Below the pieces are notes generated by a model. That model was not told the origin of the DNA. It ran no database searches and worked only from the letters and a program-made list of their open reading frames with translations. Shown here piece by piece: positions 18,468 through 27,730 of a stretch of DNA of 64,000 nt. The translations under genes were made by a program, and so were the position numbers. Position 1 is the stretch's first letter, and the number at the start of each line of letters is the position of its first letter. The DNA is from Klebsiella phage iPHaGe-KPN-11i. The stretch lies in the sequence record OR637327.1; one strand, 5' to 3'.

Positions 18468-19078
18468 TGGAAACTAAACTGACACCAGAACAGCAGTTAG
18501 TAATTATTGATGAACGTATCGACGAGATCAGGGCGGTAATGAAACCCTATCAGGAAAAGCTGAGTGGGTTGCTGAAAGCCCGTCAGGAGGTCAAAGACGA
18601 GATCGACAAGGCTACCGCGTCCCGCGTCCGTGCGATGACTCCAAAGAAACGCATGGAGTTTTACATCAATTCACCGAACAGCGGACATGAAATTTTCAGT
18701 GATGCGACTAAGTTCTTCCAGGATATGGGGCTGGGGATCGACGGGTACAACCCAGAAATAAATCAGCATATCCTCCGTATAGCGATGAATGAGGATCGTA
18801 GCAATCTCGAATCAGTCCTGAAATCGCTTCAACGCGTGAAACCATATGTGAAACCGATCGGCGGTAAACTACTATTCGATATCTTCGAACATACATGTTC
18901 ACAGTTCAACACGTATTGGTTAGCCTTTGACGTTGCAGAAGAACGCTGGATGTGCTTCACTGGCTGGAGCCTGAAACGCAATCAAAAGCCGGAATTTGAA
19001 AGCGATAGTTTGCGATCAGTGCTTGCGTATGTCTGCGAAACCCATTATTATAACCCTATCGAAAACGATTCATACTAA
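18467..19078 (+). CDS. hypothetical protein (203 aa)
   Basis: ORF, ATGA-coupled. Confidence 0.5.
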   Translation: METKLTPEQQLVIIDERIDEIRAVMKPYQEKLSGLLKARQEVKDEIDKATASRVRAMTPKKRMEFYINSPNSGHEIFSDATKFFQDMGLGIDGYNPEINQHILRIAMNEDRSNLESVLKSLQRVKPYVKPIGGKLLFDIFEHTCSQFNTYWLAFDVAEERWMCFTGWSLKRNQKPEFESDSLRSVLAYVCETHYYNPIENDSY

Positions 19079-19087
19079 GGTAAAACG

Positions 19088-19408
19088 ATGAAAAAACTTG
19101 CGCTGTTACTCACTCTGTTCGCTGGCTTCGCTCATGCTGATGATCGACTGGCTGAACTCTGCAATAATCGTGACATTAAAGACGTTGCGGTATGTGAACA
19201 GGTGATTGCCGAACAACTGGACGCGGCTTATGTGTGGGGAGAAGAAAACGCGCACCTCTTCAAGCGTCAGAAGCTGGTTAAACAGCGTGAGTTTTTGCAG
19301 TCTGAACCGATGATGACCCTCTGCACCAAAGCGCCAAATAAGGAACGTTGTGAAAAACTCCGTACTTACCTGGTTGAAGAATATAACGCTGGTATAGGAT
19401 TATACTGA
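19088..19408 (+). CDS. secreted protein (106 aa)
   Basis: Signal peptide MKKLALLLTLFAGFAHADD. Confidence 0.5.
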   Translation: MKKLALLLTLFAGFAHADDRLAELCNNRDIKDVAVCEQVIAEQLDAAYVWGEENAHLFKRQKLVKQREFLQSEPMMTLCTKAPNKERCEKLRTYLVEEYNAGIGLY

Positions 19409-19554
19409 TGATGGGATTAGTGATCTTTTATGGGTGTGTGATTGCTGCTGCAATCATTATCTGGTATTACGTTAAAAAGCCAAACGAAAGCTCGTTCCCT
19501 GTATATGATGACGAGTTGGAAGCGTGGCAAAGATGGGACGACGAATTTAAATGA
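19408..19554 (+). CDS. small membrane protein (48 aa), holin-like candidate
   Basis: TM helix LVIFYGCVIAAAIIIWYYV with a charged C-terminus. TGATG overlap with the upstream gene. Confidence 0.3.
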   Translation: MMGLVIFYGCVIAAAIIIWYYVKKPNESSFPVYDDELEAWQRWDDEFK

Positions 19555-19649
19555 ACACAGGTTATATCTTAATGTGTGTTATTGTTGTGATCGCGGGGCT
19601 GGCTGTGCTGGCTTACCGCCACTATACAGGTGATGAAAATGATTATTAA
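19551..19649 (+). CDS. small membrane protein (32 aa)
   Basis: TM segment ILMCVIVVIAGLAVLAY. ATGA overlap with the upstream gene. Confidence 0.2.
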   Translation: MNTGYILMCVIVVIAGLAVLAYRHYTGDENDY

Positions 19650-20157
19650 CAAGGAGAAAGAAACCGATTACACTCTTTCTCTTCTACGGGAATCTTTCTC
19701 GTATAATAAAGATACGGGTATCTTTACTTGTATAAACAAGAAAGCAAAACGATATTTTGGGAAACCTGCCGGAACGTTACATAACAGTGGGTATATCCGA
19801 TTAGGCATTCGTGTAGATGGAAAGCCAGTATTATATCTTGCTCAACGTGTTGCGTGGGCTTTTGTTACTGGAAGTTGGCCTGAAAATATGATTGACCATA
19901 AAGATACGATTAAACAAAACAACGCTTTTGATAATCTACGAGAGGCTACACGTTCAATCAATGCGTATAATTATCGACGGATAAGCAACGCAAATGCTTC
20001 TGGATATAGGGGTGTTCATGTTGATTCTCGTGGAAATCGTGTACGATATGGTGCATATTATGGGAAAACGAGATTAGGTACTTTTGACAGTGCCGAAGAA
20101 GCACACGAAGCATATATGAAATATGTTAAATCTATTCATGAGGTTGTGATTGAATGA
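19630..20157 (+). CDS. HNH homing endonuclease with AP2 domain
   Basis: HNH core LAQRVAWAF...DHKD..N and an AP2-like YRGVHVDSRGNRVRYGAYYG...GTFDSAEEA. Confidence 0.65.
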   Translation: MMKMIINKEKETDYTLSLLRESFSYNKDTGIFTCINKKAKRYFGKPAGTLHNSGYIRLGIRVDGKPVLYLAQRVAWAFVTGSWPENMIDHKDTIKQNNAFDNLREATRSINAYNYRRISNANASGYRGVHVDSRGNRVRYGAYYGKTRLGTFDSAEEAHEAYMKYVKSIHEVVIE

Positions 20158-20366
20158 GACCGCAAGAACAAAAGCTGTTAAAACACAAGCTGAAACAACT
20201 GGGAGAAGCGTATCAGGATTATGCCGAAGATGATGATCCTGATTCACGTAACTACAATCAATCCTGTATCGACGATATTACAGCGGATATCCTGGATTTC
20301 GTTGAAAATGAAATCACCGATGCTGTTCGTGATGCGGTAGCAGTGGAGCGAGCTAATCATGACTGA
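20154..20366 (+). CDS. hypothetical acidic protein (70 aa)
   Basis: ORF, ATGA-coupled. Confidence 0.45.
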   Translation: MRPQEQKLLKHKLKQLGEAYQDYAEDDDPDSRNYNQSCIDDITADILDFVENEITDAVRDAVAVERANHD

Positions 20367-20574
20367 CAAAATCAAAGCTAAAGCAATGAAGGTGATTGCG
20401 ACATACGGAACACTCCGTTGGTGTAACGCGCAGGTGTGCGGGTGTATGGGTTGCGCAAATCATACTATGACGAAAGAAGAGTATGATATTGCTATCCAGA
20501 TACCGGAAATCAAAGAGCATCTTGCGCGACATAATGAAAAACTCATGGGTAAAGGATGGTTTTCAATTGGCTAA
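20359..20574 (+). CDS. hypothetical Cys-rich protein (71 aa)
   Basis: CNAQVCGCMGC motif. Confidence 0.45.
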   Translation: MTDKIKAKAMKVIATYGTLRWCNAQVCGCMGCANHTMTKEEYDIAIQIPEIKEHLARHNEKLMGKGWFSIG

Positions 20575-20764
20575 CGCACACATTATAGAAAAAGTTCGTT
20601 GTCGGGATTGTCATTTTCCTTTGATTTGCGTCATGAACATTGACAAACCCCCTTACGACGAGTGGGATTGGTGGATATACTGTTCAAACAAAACATGCAA
20701 AAACCATGAAGGTGAGGGCAAATTCCAGAATCATATTAAGTTTGTGGAGCGTGTCAATGGCTAA
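20483..20764 (+). CDS. zinc-finger protein (start uncertain)
   Basis: CRDCH...C...CSNKTC motifs. The true start may lie internal to the listed ORF. Confidence 0.3.
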   Translation: MILLSRYRKSKSILRDIMKNSWVKDGFQLANAHIIEKVRCRDCHFPLICVMNIDKPPYDEWDWWIYCSNKTCKNHEGEGKFQNHIKFVERVNG

Positions 20765-21341
20765 ATTGTATTATCACTATGCATCCATGAACGCTGGCAA
20801 AAGTGCGCGACTATTGACGGACGCGCACAATTACAAAGAGCGCGGTATGCGAGTTGTAATCTATAAGCCAGCAATCGACACCCGCACATCAAACACAGTG
20901 AGTTCGCGTATCGGGCTGAACGAAAAGTGTGAATTGATTGCGCCTGATATGGATCTGTTCTGGGACATTCAGCGCCGGAATAAAATTGCTTGCATCTTCG
21001 TTGACGAGGCGCAATTCCTTTCGAAGAAAAACGTTTTCGATCTATGTCGCGTTGTTGATGAACTCGAAATCCCTGTAATGGCTTACGGTCTGCGTACTGA
21101 TTTTCAGTTGAATCTGTTCGAGGGTTCTTACTGGTTGCTGGCCTGGGCAGACGAGATCCGAGAACTGCGCGGAATGTGTCACTGTGGGCGTAAAGCAACT
21201 ACGGTTGCACGTATCGACGCACAAGGCAACTTCGTAACCGAAGGGGCGCAGGTTGAGATCGGAGCCGAAGACAAATACGTTTCGCTCTGTCGCAAACATT
21301 ATCACGAAAAACTTCTTGATAATGTTGGTCTGAACTGTTAA
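20757..21341 (+). CDS. tdk: thymidine kinase
   Basis: MAKLYYHYASMNAGKS P-loop, FVDEAQF, and the C-terminal zinc knuckle CHCGRKAT...CRKHY. Confidence 0.8.
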   Translation: MAKLYYHYASMNAGKSARLLTDAHNYKERGMRVVIYKPAIDTRTSNTVSSRIGLNEKCELIAPDMDLFWDIQRRNKIACIFVDEAQFLSKKNVFDLCRVVDELEIPVMAYGLRTDFQLNLFEGSYWLLAWADEIRELRGMCHCGRKATTVARIDAQGNFVTEGAQVEIGAEDKYVSLCRKHYHEKLLDNVGLNC

Positions 21342-21371
21342 GGTGTATTCAGACAAACAAAGGAGAACACT

Positions 21372-21764
21372 ATGAGCCGTACTTACCGTAAGAAATATGT
21401 TCCAGTCCGTGATAAGTCCTCTATCGAACAAATCGAAGAGACAAAAGCATTTTCACAGTATTATGCACAGCACGGAGAAAGCCCTGATGGTATTCGTTGG
21501 TACTCAACCAACTGGAAACACAAATCAGGTTGCGCATATATCCGGTTCGATAAAAACCTGAATCGCGACGGTAACAAAGCTCATCGTGATATCTCCGCGA
21601 TGCTTTCAATCGCTGTGAAAAAGATTGATTCGAAAGTACGCGCTAAAATGCGTCAGGAATTACGCCGGATGAAAGCTGGCGTAATTGGATGGGATGAAAA
21701 TATCGAGAACGCAAATAAGATCCGCGCTTTTGAGCGTAGCTTATGCTGGTATGAGATAACTTGA
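21372..21764 (+). CDS. hypothetical basic protein (130 aa)
   Basis: ORF with a GGAG RBS. Confidence 0.5.
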   Translation: MSRTYRKKYVPVRDKSSIEQIEETKAFSQYYAQHGESPDGIRWYSTNWKHKSGCAYIRFDKNLNRDGNKAHRDISAMLSIAVKKIDSKVRAKMRQELRRMKAGVIGWDENIENANKIRAFERSLCWYEIT

Positions 21765-21789
21765 TGTATTTTTAGACTAATTTTACATA

Positions 21790-21811
21790 AGGGGCGATTC
21801 GCCCCTTTTTT
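21790..21811 (+). terminator. rho-independent terminator
   Basis: aaggggcgattcgcccctt plus TTTTTT. Confidence 0.55.
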
Positions 21812-21871
21812 GCTATAAATATATACAGGAACGGATCTATTGTTGATCCGTAAGCACGTAGAGAATTGCTT

Positions 21872-22156
21872 ATGAACATTAAACGCATATCTAAAGCGCT
21901 GATGTTTGGTTTGTTAATCTTGTCTCCGTCATCACATGCTGATGATAGGTCAGTAGTCGCCAAAGAGTTCGATTACTATATCAATGCGGCGCTACAGGTA
22001 TATCTTGACACCATCCCTCCCAGCGTAAATACCAGTGAACTATTCTATAATTACATGGAACGAAAATGGCAGCAGAAGCAATGTAAATCCGAACCCGAAT
22101 GTAAACGTTTAGGGCTACGGGTTGCAAGTGAATTCGCCGCTATTCATCGTTCATAA
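21872..22156 (+). CDS. secreted protein (94 aa)
   Basis: Signal peptide MNIKRISKALMFGLLILSPSSHADD. Confidence 0.5.
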   Translation: MNIKRISKALMFGLLILSPSSHADDRSVVAKEFDYYINAALQVYLDTIPPSVNTSELFYNYMERKWQQKQCKSEPECKRLGLRVASEFAAIHRS

Positions 22157-22159
22157 GGG

Positions 22160-22549
22160 ATGAAGATGCAGACGTTTAACGAAGTAACAGAACGCGATAC
22201 CGCGAGTAAAATTGATGCCTTTATTGGCACTTGCTTAATGTCTGTAACCTATATGCACAGCGCACATTTTGCGACTGGTTCATATTCACAGCATAAAGCA
22301 TTTGAAGGGTTTTACGAAGATATGCAGGATTTGGTTGATAAATTCACCGAAATCCATATAGGCATTACTGGTCGATACAAACCCGTATTAAAAACAGAAA
22401 ATGTGCTTGACACGGTCGCGTATCTCCGTAAAATAGCCGATGAAGCCAACGAAATCTATGATTCAGTAGATAGTTCATTGAAGAACGTCCTGGACGAGAT
22501 CAAAGGCTTGTGCTATCAAACGATTTACAAGCTGACAAAACTTTCTTAA
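22160..22549 (+). CDS. hypothetical protein (129 aa)
   Basis: ORF. Confidence 0.5.
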   Translation: MKMQTFNEVTERDTASKIDAFIGTCLMSVTYMHSAHFATGSYSQHKAFEGFYEDMQDLVDKFTEIHIGITGRYKPVLKTENVLDTVAYLRKIADEANEIYDSVDSSLKNVLDEIKGLCYQTIYKLTKLS

Positions 22550-22610
22550 AAAGAGTTTGACAAGCGAAAAAGTGATGATAGAATAACTATCGAATTGAAA
22601 CATAAACCCA

Positions 22611-23537
22611 ATGGAAATAATGATGAACTTAAACACTATCGTAAACAACCCGAAGAAAACCACACTGATCGCTCTGGGCGTAATCGCCGCTCTGTGGCTG
22701 GTTCCGAACTCGTACACTATCGTTCAGGATGGTACGGTAAAAACTCAAACCTTCATGGGTAAAGTTTCACCGAAGCCTGTTCTGCCTGGTTTCCACCTGG
22801 TAAATCCACTGGCTGATTTCGAGGTGTTCAACACCAAAGACATCGCAATGAAGTTCGACAAGTTGCAGGTTCCGTCCCAGGATAAATTCAAATCCACTGT
22901 GGATATGACCGTGATGTTACAGTTCGATGGTAGCAAAGCCCCGATCAACCGTATCAATGCGGGTAGTCAGGATCAGGCGCTGGATAAATATGTGACTGAA
23001 AAACTTCTGTCAACTGTCCGTGAGTTCGGTAAATCTGTACCGAAAGCACAGGATCTGTATAATGCAGAAGTTCAAAGCCAGCTACAGATCGCGATTCAGC
23101 AGGAAGTAGAAGAGTATGCCCGTCCTTACGGTTACACCGTGAAACAGGTATTCTTGCAGGATATCGACCTGCCGGAAGCGATCAAGAAGCAGGTTGAAAA
23201 CACGAAAATTCGTGAAGAACAGGTGAACGCAGAAAAAGCAGAACTTGCGCGTAAAGAGCAAATCGCTCAACAGGCGGTTGTTCAGGCAGTAGCCGACAAA
23301 GAAGCCCGTAGCAACGCTGCACAAGCTAACGAACGTGATGCTGATGCCCGTCTGTATGCGGCTAAGAAAGAAGCCGAAGCAAACGCCATTCTGCAACGCA
23401 CAATCACCCCAGAAATGATCCGCTGGAAAGAACTTGATGTTCAGCAGACCATCGCGGAAAAATATCAGGGCGGTGTACCTCAAACTGTCATGGGTTCTGA
23501 TTACGCTGGTAAAGTGATTTTCGATTCTCGTAAATAA
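22611..23537 (+). CDS. SPFH/band-7 (prohibitin-like) membrane protein
   Basis: N-terminal TM LIALGVIAALWLV, an SPFH-type core, and a long Ala/Glu/Lys-rich coiled-coil tail. Confidence 0.55.
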   Translation: MEIMMNLNTIVNNPKKTTLIALGVIAALWLVPNSYTIVQDGTVKTQTFMGKVSPKPVLPGFHLVNPLADFEVFNTKDIAMKFDKLQVPSQDKFKSTVDMTVMLQFDGSKAPINRINAGSQDQALDKYVTEKLLSTVREFGKSVPKAQDLYNAEVQSQLQIAIQQEVEEYARPYGYTVKQVFLQDIDLPEAIKKQVENTKIREEQVNAEKAELARKEQIAQQAVVQAVADKEARSNAAQANERDADARLYAAKKEAEANAILQRTITPEMIRWKELDVQQTIAEKYQGGVPQTVMGSDYAGKVIFDSRK

Positions 23538-23543
23538 GGGTTT

Positions 23544-23566
23544 AAAGCCCCCAGAGCGGGGGCTTT
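23544..23566 (+). terminator. rho-independent terminator
   Basis: aaagcccccagagcgggggcttt. Confidence 0.45.
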
Positions 23567-23586
23567 CTCCGAACGAGAATACTACA

Positions 23587-23685
23587 ATGAACATAAAACA
23601 GATCATCCTTACTATCTTCATTTCGCTATTCTTCGGCTTTATTGGCGGTTTTCTTGGTGTATTGGTGATTGCGTCTGTTTTATGA
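23587..23685 (+). CDS. small membrane protein (32 aa)
   Basis: Almost entirely hydrophobic: IILTIFISLFFGFIGGFLGVLVIASVL. Confidence 0.25.
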   Translation: MNIKQIILTIFISLFFGFIGGFLGVLVIASVL

Positions 23686-23710
23686 TTAACCTTTAAACGT
23701 GGAGCACGTT

Positions 23711-24766
23711 ATGAAACAATTTGATAAAGCTGTCGTAATTGGCAGATTCCAACCCTTCCATAATGGTCATGCAGCAATGGTGCGTAAAGCACTCGGAGAA
23801 GCAAAGATCGTTTACATCCTTCTGGGTTCAGCATATGCTTACCCTAACGTTTTAAACCCGCTGACGGCGCGTGAGCGTCAAACCATGATCTTCTCATGGC
23901 TTAATGCTAACTTCCCGATCGAAGATGTTGTTCGTGTTCAGTTTGAGAACATTCCAGATTATCTTTACAACGAAGAGAAATGGAAAACCTCTGTTCGTAC
24001 TGCTATCAGGGAAACCAAAGGCGACAAAATCGCTATCTACGGTTACGAAAAAGATGCAGGTTCATACTGGCTTAAAGCGTTCGGATGGACACACGTACCA
24101 GTTCCACCTGTCCAGATTAACGGCAAGGATCTATCAGCAACCGATCTTCGTCCGATTATCTTTAACCATAAAAACGGGTGGGATAAGCAACTGTTGCGCT
24201 TTGTTCCTCAAACAACAGTCAATTATATTGACAAATGGATGATGGAAGACACGTTCTGGCGTTTATTCTACGAATACGAGAAATGGGAGAGCGAATTGGA
24301 GAAATTCAAAAACTACCCATACCCCGACGCGCTGAACTGCTGCACGGGTGATAGCGTGGTTGTGTGTAACAATCACCTGCTAGTAATTCGTCGTAAGTTC
24401 GCCCCAGGTAAAGACGCGTTAGCCCTTCCCGGCGGACACAAAAACGCAAATGAAACGTTCCTGGATTGTGCGATCCGTGAACTGCTCGAAGAGGTGCGGA
24501 TCAAAGTTCCTGAAAAGGTTATCCGTGGTTCAATCCGCAATTCGATGTTGTTCGATCATCCGAAGCGTTCCGTACACTTCTCAAAACCGACTGTGGCGCA
24601 GTACATCAAGTTAGAGCCTAACAATGATGGAAGTCTGCCCCGTATTATGGGCGGTTCTGACGATGCGTTAGAGGCGTTCTGGATGCCCTTACATGAGGTC
24701 GTGCAACGACAAGGGGAATTCTTCGATGACCACTATCAAATCGTTGTAGCTTTCACGGGACTCTGA
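23711..24766 (+). CDS. bifunctional NMN adenylyltransferase / Nudix hydrolase (NadM-Nudix type)
   Basis: N-terminal GRFQPFHNGH nucleotidyltransferase motif. C-terminal Nudix box GGHKNANETFLDCAIRELLEEV. GGAG RBS. Confidence 0.7.
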   Translation: MKQFDKAVVIGRFQPFHNGHAAMVRKALGEAKIVYILLGSAYAYPNVLNPLTARERQTMIFSWLNANFPIEDVVRVQFENIPDYLYNEEKWKTSVRTAIRETKGDKIAIYGYEKDAGSYWLKAFGWTHVPVPPVQINGKDLSATDLRPIIFNHKNGWDKQLLRFVPQTTVNYIDKWMMEDTFWRLFYEYEKWESELEKFKNYPYPDALNCCTGDSVVVCNNHLLVIRRKFAPGKDALALPGGHKNANETFLDCAIRELLEEVRIKVPEKVIRGSIRNSMLFDHPKRSVHFSKPTVAQYIKLEPNNDGSLPRIMGGSDDALEAFWMPLHEVVQRQGEFFDDHYQIVVAFTGL

Positions 24767-24775
24767 TAAAAGATT

Positions 24776-24850
24776 AAAAAAGCCCTTGCGTTCGCGTGAG
24801 GGCTTTTGTATTATATACACATACCGCATGAATAATGAAAAGGAAGAAAA
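24776..24850 (+). promoter_or_regulatory. terminator-promoter-leader cassette (copy f)
   Basis: Hairpin agcccttgcgttcgcgtgagggct. Then TTTTGTATTATATACACATACCGCATG...AAAAGGAAG RBS. Confidence 0.5.
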
Positions 24851-25045
24851 ATGAATACGATCAACGTTTCTAAAGCTGATGTTATGAAAGCAACGATTAT
24901 TGCTACCGAAGCCATTTCATTCATGGCTAAGAAAGCAGGAGTTGATGGTGCTGTTATCCTGATGGAGATTACAAACAACCCAGAAGGCAACACCGCAAGG
25001 TATTTCAAAGATCTTACTTCCTATGCAATGGAAGAATTTAAATGA
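24851..25045 (+). CDS. small protein (64 aa)
   Basis: First ATG after the cassette. Confidence 0.5.
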   Translation: MNTINVSKADVMKATIIATEAISFMAKKAGVDGAVILMEITNNPEGNTARYFKDLTSYAMEEFK

Positions 25046-25314
25046 TTAAACGTCCTTACTGCCTCGTAAACCGTCCGATCTGTGCGGGTGGTTTACCCGT
25101 CAACTGCTGGCAGTTGGTTGAAACAGGTGAAGCGTTCCTGAATAAACGCGGTGATAAAGTATTCGTCTATGGTGTGGACTCGATCGAGAATGAAACGATG
25201 GTGATCACCGACGAGAAAACAAAAGAAAAATATACGTTGACTTCCGACCACGATTGCCGTAACTTCAACGTGTACTGGAAATCTAATGAAGACTTTGAAG
25301 GAATTAAATCATGA
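25042..25314 (+). CDS. hypothetical protein (90 aa)
   Basis: ORF, ATGA-coupled. Confidence 0.5.
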   Translation: MIKRPYCLVNRPICAGGLPVNCWQLVETGEAFLNKRGDKVFVYGVDSIENETMVITDEKTKEKYTLTSDHDCRNFNVYWKSNEDFEGIKS

Positions 25315-25868
25315 AAGTAGCAACCCTTAGCGGTATATCTGATGTAAAATGTCGTATGTCGCTGGAACCCGGTAATCGTGTAGGAATCAAACACACGGGT
25401 TCAGTAGGTACGAAGAATTTTACTTTGCAATCTGTTGCGCGTGATAAAAACGATATGGTTTATGTGTTTGTTACAGAACCGATGTCAAATAATATCCGTC
25501 AAACACTGGTGATGAAACTGGGAACCAAAGATCCGGCAATGCTGATCGGTGGAACTGTAGAGCCTGTTACTGTTGCGAGCGTCACACATAAGGGCATTGA
25601 ATGCGCCGTAGACGGCAACGGCAAACTGTCCTACGAAGGGACTAAACGCCAGAATGTCGATCGTCCGGTTGTTGTTGGTGATGTGTTTACGTCAGAACGC
25701 CGTGAATACCATGTTGAATACATAGCACAGGATGGTTCTCTGGTTTGTCGCATGTACTCCCGTAAGAGCACAGACGATAACAAATACATGGGATTGACCA
25801 TCATTGATGGACGTGATGCGATCCTGCTGGATTCACTGAATGTTAAAATTAAGTTTGCATACTCATGA
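25311..25868 (+). CDS. hypothetical protein (185 aa)
   Basis: ORF, coupled. Confidence 0.5.
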   Translation: MKVATLSGISDVKCRMSLEPGNRVGIKHTGSVGTKNFTLQSVARDKNDMVYVFVTEPMSNNIRQTLVMKLGTKDPAMLIGGTVEPVTVASVTHKGIECAVDGNGKLSYEGTKRQNVDRPVVVGDVFTSERREYHVEYIAQDGSLVCRMYSRKSTDDNKYMGLTIIDGRDAILLDSLNVKIKFAYS

Positions 25869-26116
25869 TTCACACAATTAGCGTTATTATGGGTGATGTC
25901 GTAAACATCAATGGACACGATTACTACGTAGCGGAAATCAATACAAAGGGTAATCGTGAGATCTTGGAACTGGACATTGTAAGGCCGTCCGAAGGGCAAT
26001 CCCTTACAATCGAAGTGGTTCATAACACGAACACAGGGGAAGACGTAGTGAAGCCAGTTCTGGCCCGTCTTCCGGTGTTCTACTGTGAAAAGTCAAAACG
26101 TTGGAAAATGAAATGA
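25865..26116 (+). CDS. hypothetical protein (83 aa)
   Basis: ORF, coupled. Confidence 0.5.
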   Translation: MIHTISVIMGDVVNINGHDYYVAEINTKGNREILELDIVRPSEGQSLTIEVVHNTNTGEDVVKPVLARLPVFYCEKSKRWKMK

Positions 26117-26508
26117 ATCCGAAAGATTTAACTGATGTGAAAGTGGGTGATACCCTTTACGATCCTGGCGAAAGGTTATACAATACCCGTAAAACAGCAA
26201 ACCCTCGCGAATTTCACGTTCTAAAGGTTGCGCGTCAATATCTGTATGCATCCACTGATAAAGACGCTGATTTGAAAAGCTGGAACATCGAGAAAGTCGA
26301 TCGTAAGACTGGATTGACTTCTGGTAGTGGCGGGGGCTGGGGCGGATTTTATATGTATCGCAGCGAAGCGGTATACAAAGAAATCCAGTATCGTGCTGAA
26401 CTGAGTGAAAAGATCCGAAAAGAGTTCGGTTCTCACGCTGTTGTTGTTCCTGAAATCACTACCGCTGAACTGCGCGGTATCGCAAAAACCCTGGGGGTTA
26501 AATTTTGA
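26101..26508 (+). CDS. hypothetical protein (Gly-rich loop SGSGGGWGGF)
   Basis: ORF. Start may be at 26113. Confidence 0.45.
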   Translation: MENEMNPKDLTDVKVGDTLYDPGERLYNTRKTANPREFHVLKVARQYLYASTDKDADLKSWNIEKVDRKTGLTSGSGGGWGGFYMYRSEAVYKEIQYRAELSEKIRKEFGSHAVVVPEITTAELRGIAKTLGVKF

Positions 26509-27491
26509 AAACTGTAATGGAAACCGTGTTTGGTTCTCACCTGTATGGACTGAACACACCGACAAGCGATAAAGACTATAAAGGGATCTTTCTCCCGCAC
26601 CCGCGCGATATTCTCCTGGGGAAAGCCCCAAAGACTATCGACACCAGCACGGGCGATAAAAGCTCTAAAAACACCGTAGACGACGTTGATCGTCAGTTGT
26701 ATAGTCTGACTAAGTTTATCAGCCTTGCGTGTGATGGTGATACCGTAGCGCTAGATATGCTTCACGCTTCGGATGACAAGCTGATCGCTAACTCTGAAAT
26801 CTGGCAATATATCCGCGCTAACCGCTGGCGTTTTTACACCACTGAACTAACTGGCCTGTTCGGTTATGTTCGTAAGCAAGCCGCGAAATATGGCGTGAAG
26901 GGTTCCCGACTGGCTGCACTGCGCGAAGTGTACGATGTGTTGCAAAAAACCGACAACTCGCACTATGATGAAAATGCTACGTCGCTGGTCAATACAAAAG
27001 TCAGTGACATTGTGGATAAACTACCAACCAATGAATTCTGTCGTGCTATCCTGCACTATAGCGAAAAGGGCGGTATGCAGAACTTCTATGAAGTGCTGGG
27101 GCGTAAATTCCAGTATACGATCACCATAGCGGAAATGAAAAAGTCAGTGTATAAACTCTGGGATGAATACGGAGAACGCGCACGACAAGCAGAAGCCAAC
27201 AACGGGATCGACTGGAAAGCATTAAGTCACGCGTTGCGCGGTGGTATGCAGTTGATCCAGATTTACAAAGATGGTGATATCGTTTATCCTCTGCCTGATA
27301 GCGCATTCCTGAAACTGGTTAAATCTGGCGGCGTACCGTTCACAACCGTACAGGAAAAGCTGGAAGAAGTCATGGGTGAAGTCGAACGCCTTGCAGCGAT
27401 TTCAACATATCCGAAAGAAGTTGATCGCGAATTCTGGAACGATTTCATCGAACGCGTATACCGTGATCATGTTGTGGGGTATTACAAATGA
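26505..27491 (+). CDS. putative nucleotidyltransferase (Pol-beta superfamily)
   Basis: GSHLYGLNTPTSDKDYKGIF (GS-x9-D-x-D) followed by a downstream acidic residue in DGDTVALDMLH. Confidence 0.4.
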   Translation: MKTVMETVFGSHLYGLNTPTSDKDYKGIFLPHPRDILLGKAPKTIDTSTGDKSSKNTVDDVDRQLYSLTKFISLACDGDTVALDMLHASDDKLIANSEIWQYIRANRWRFYTTELTGLFGYVRKQAAKYGVKGSRLAALREVYDVLQKTDNSHYDENATSLVNTKVSDIVDKLPTNEFCRAILHYSEKGGMQNFYEVLGRKFQYTITIAEMKKSVYKLWDEYGERARQAEANNGIDWKALSHALRGGMQLIQIYKDGDIVYPLPDSAFLKLVKSGGVPFTTVQEKLEEVMGEVERLAAISTYPKEVDREFWNDFIERVYRDHVVGYYK

Positions 27492-27730
27492 TGTATCCTA
27501 AATTGTCCGGCGCTGAAATTGATGTTCTGTATAAACTTTACGGATACGCAACTAAAGTGCTAGACTTAGATTTCAATGACGTACCCAGCAAATCAGGGCG
27601 TGATTCCCTGATTCAAAAAGGTTACGCTCGAAGAGTAACGGGTTATCACGATAATTCGAAAGCATGGTTGCTGATTACCCCACTGGGGATTGACGCATAC
27701 CGACACGGTATTAAAACGGAGTGGCACTAA
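27488..27730 (+). CDS. hypothetical protein (80 aa)
   Basis: ORF, coupled. Confidence 0.45.
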   Translation: MMYPKLSGAEIDVLYKLYGYATKVLDLDFNDVPSKSGRDSLIQKGYARRVTGYHDNSKAWLLITPLGIDAYRHGIKTEWH

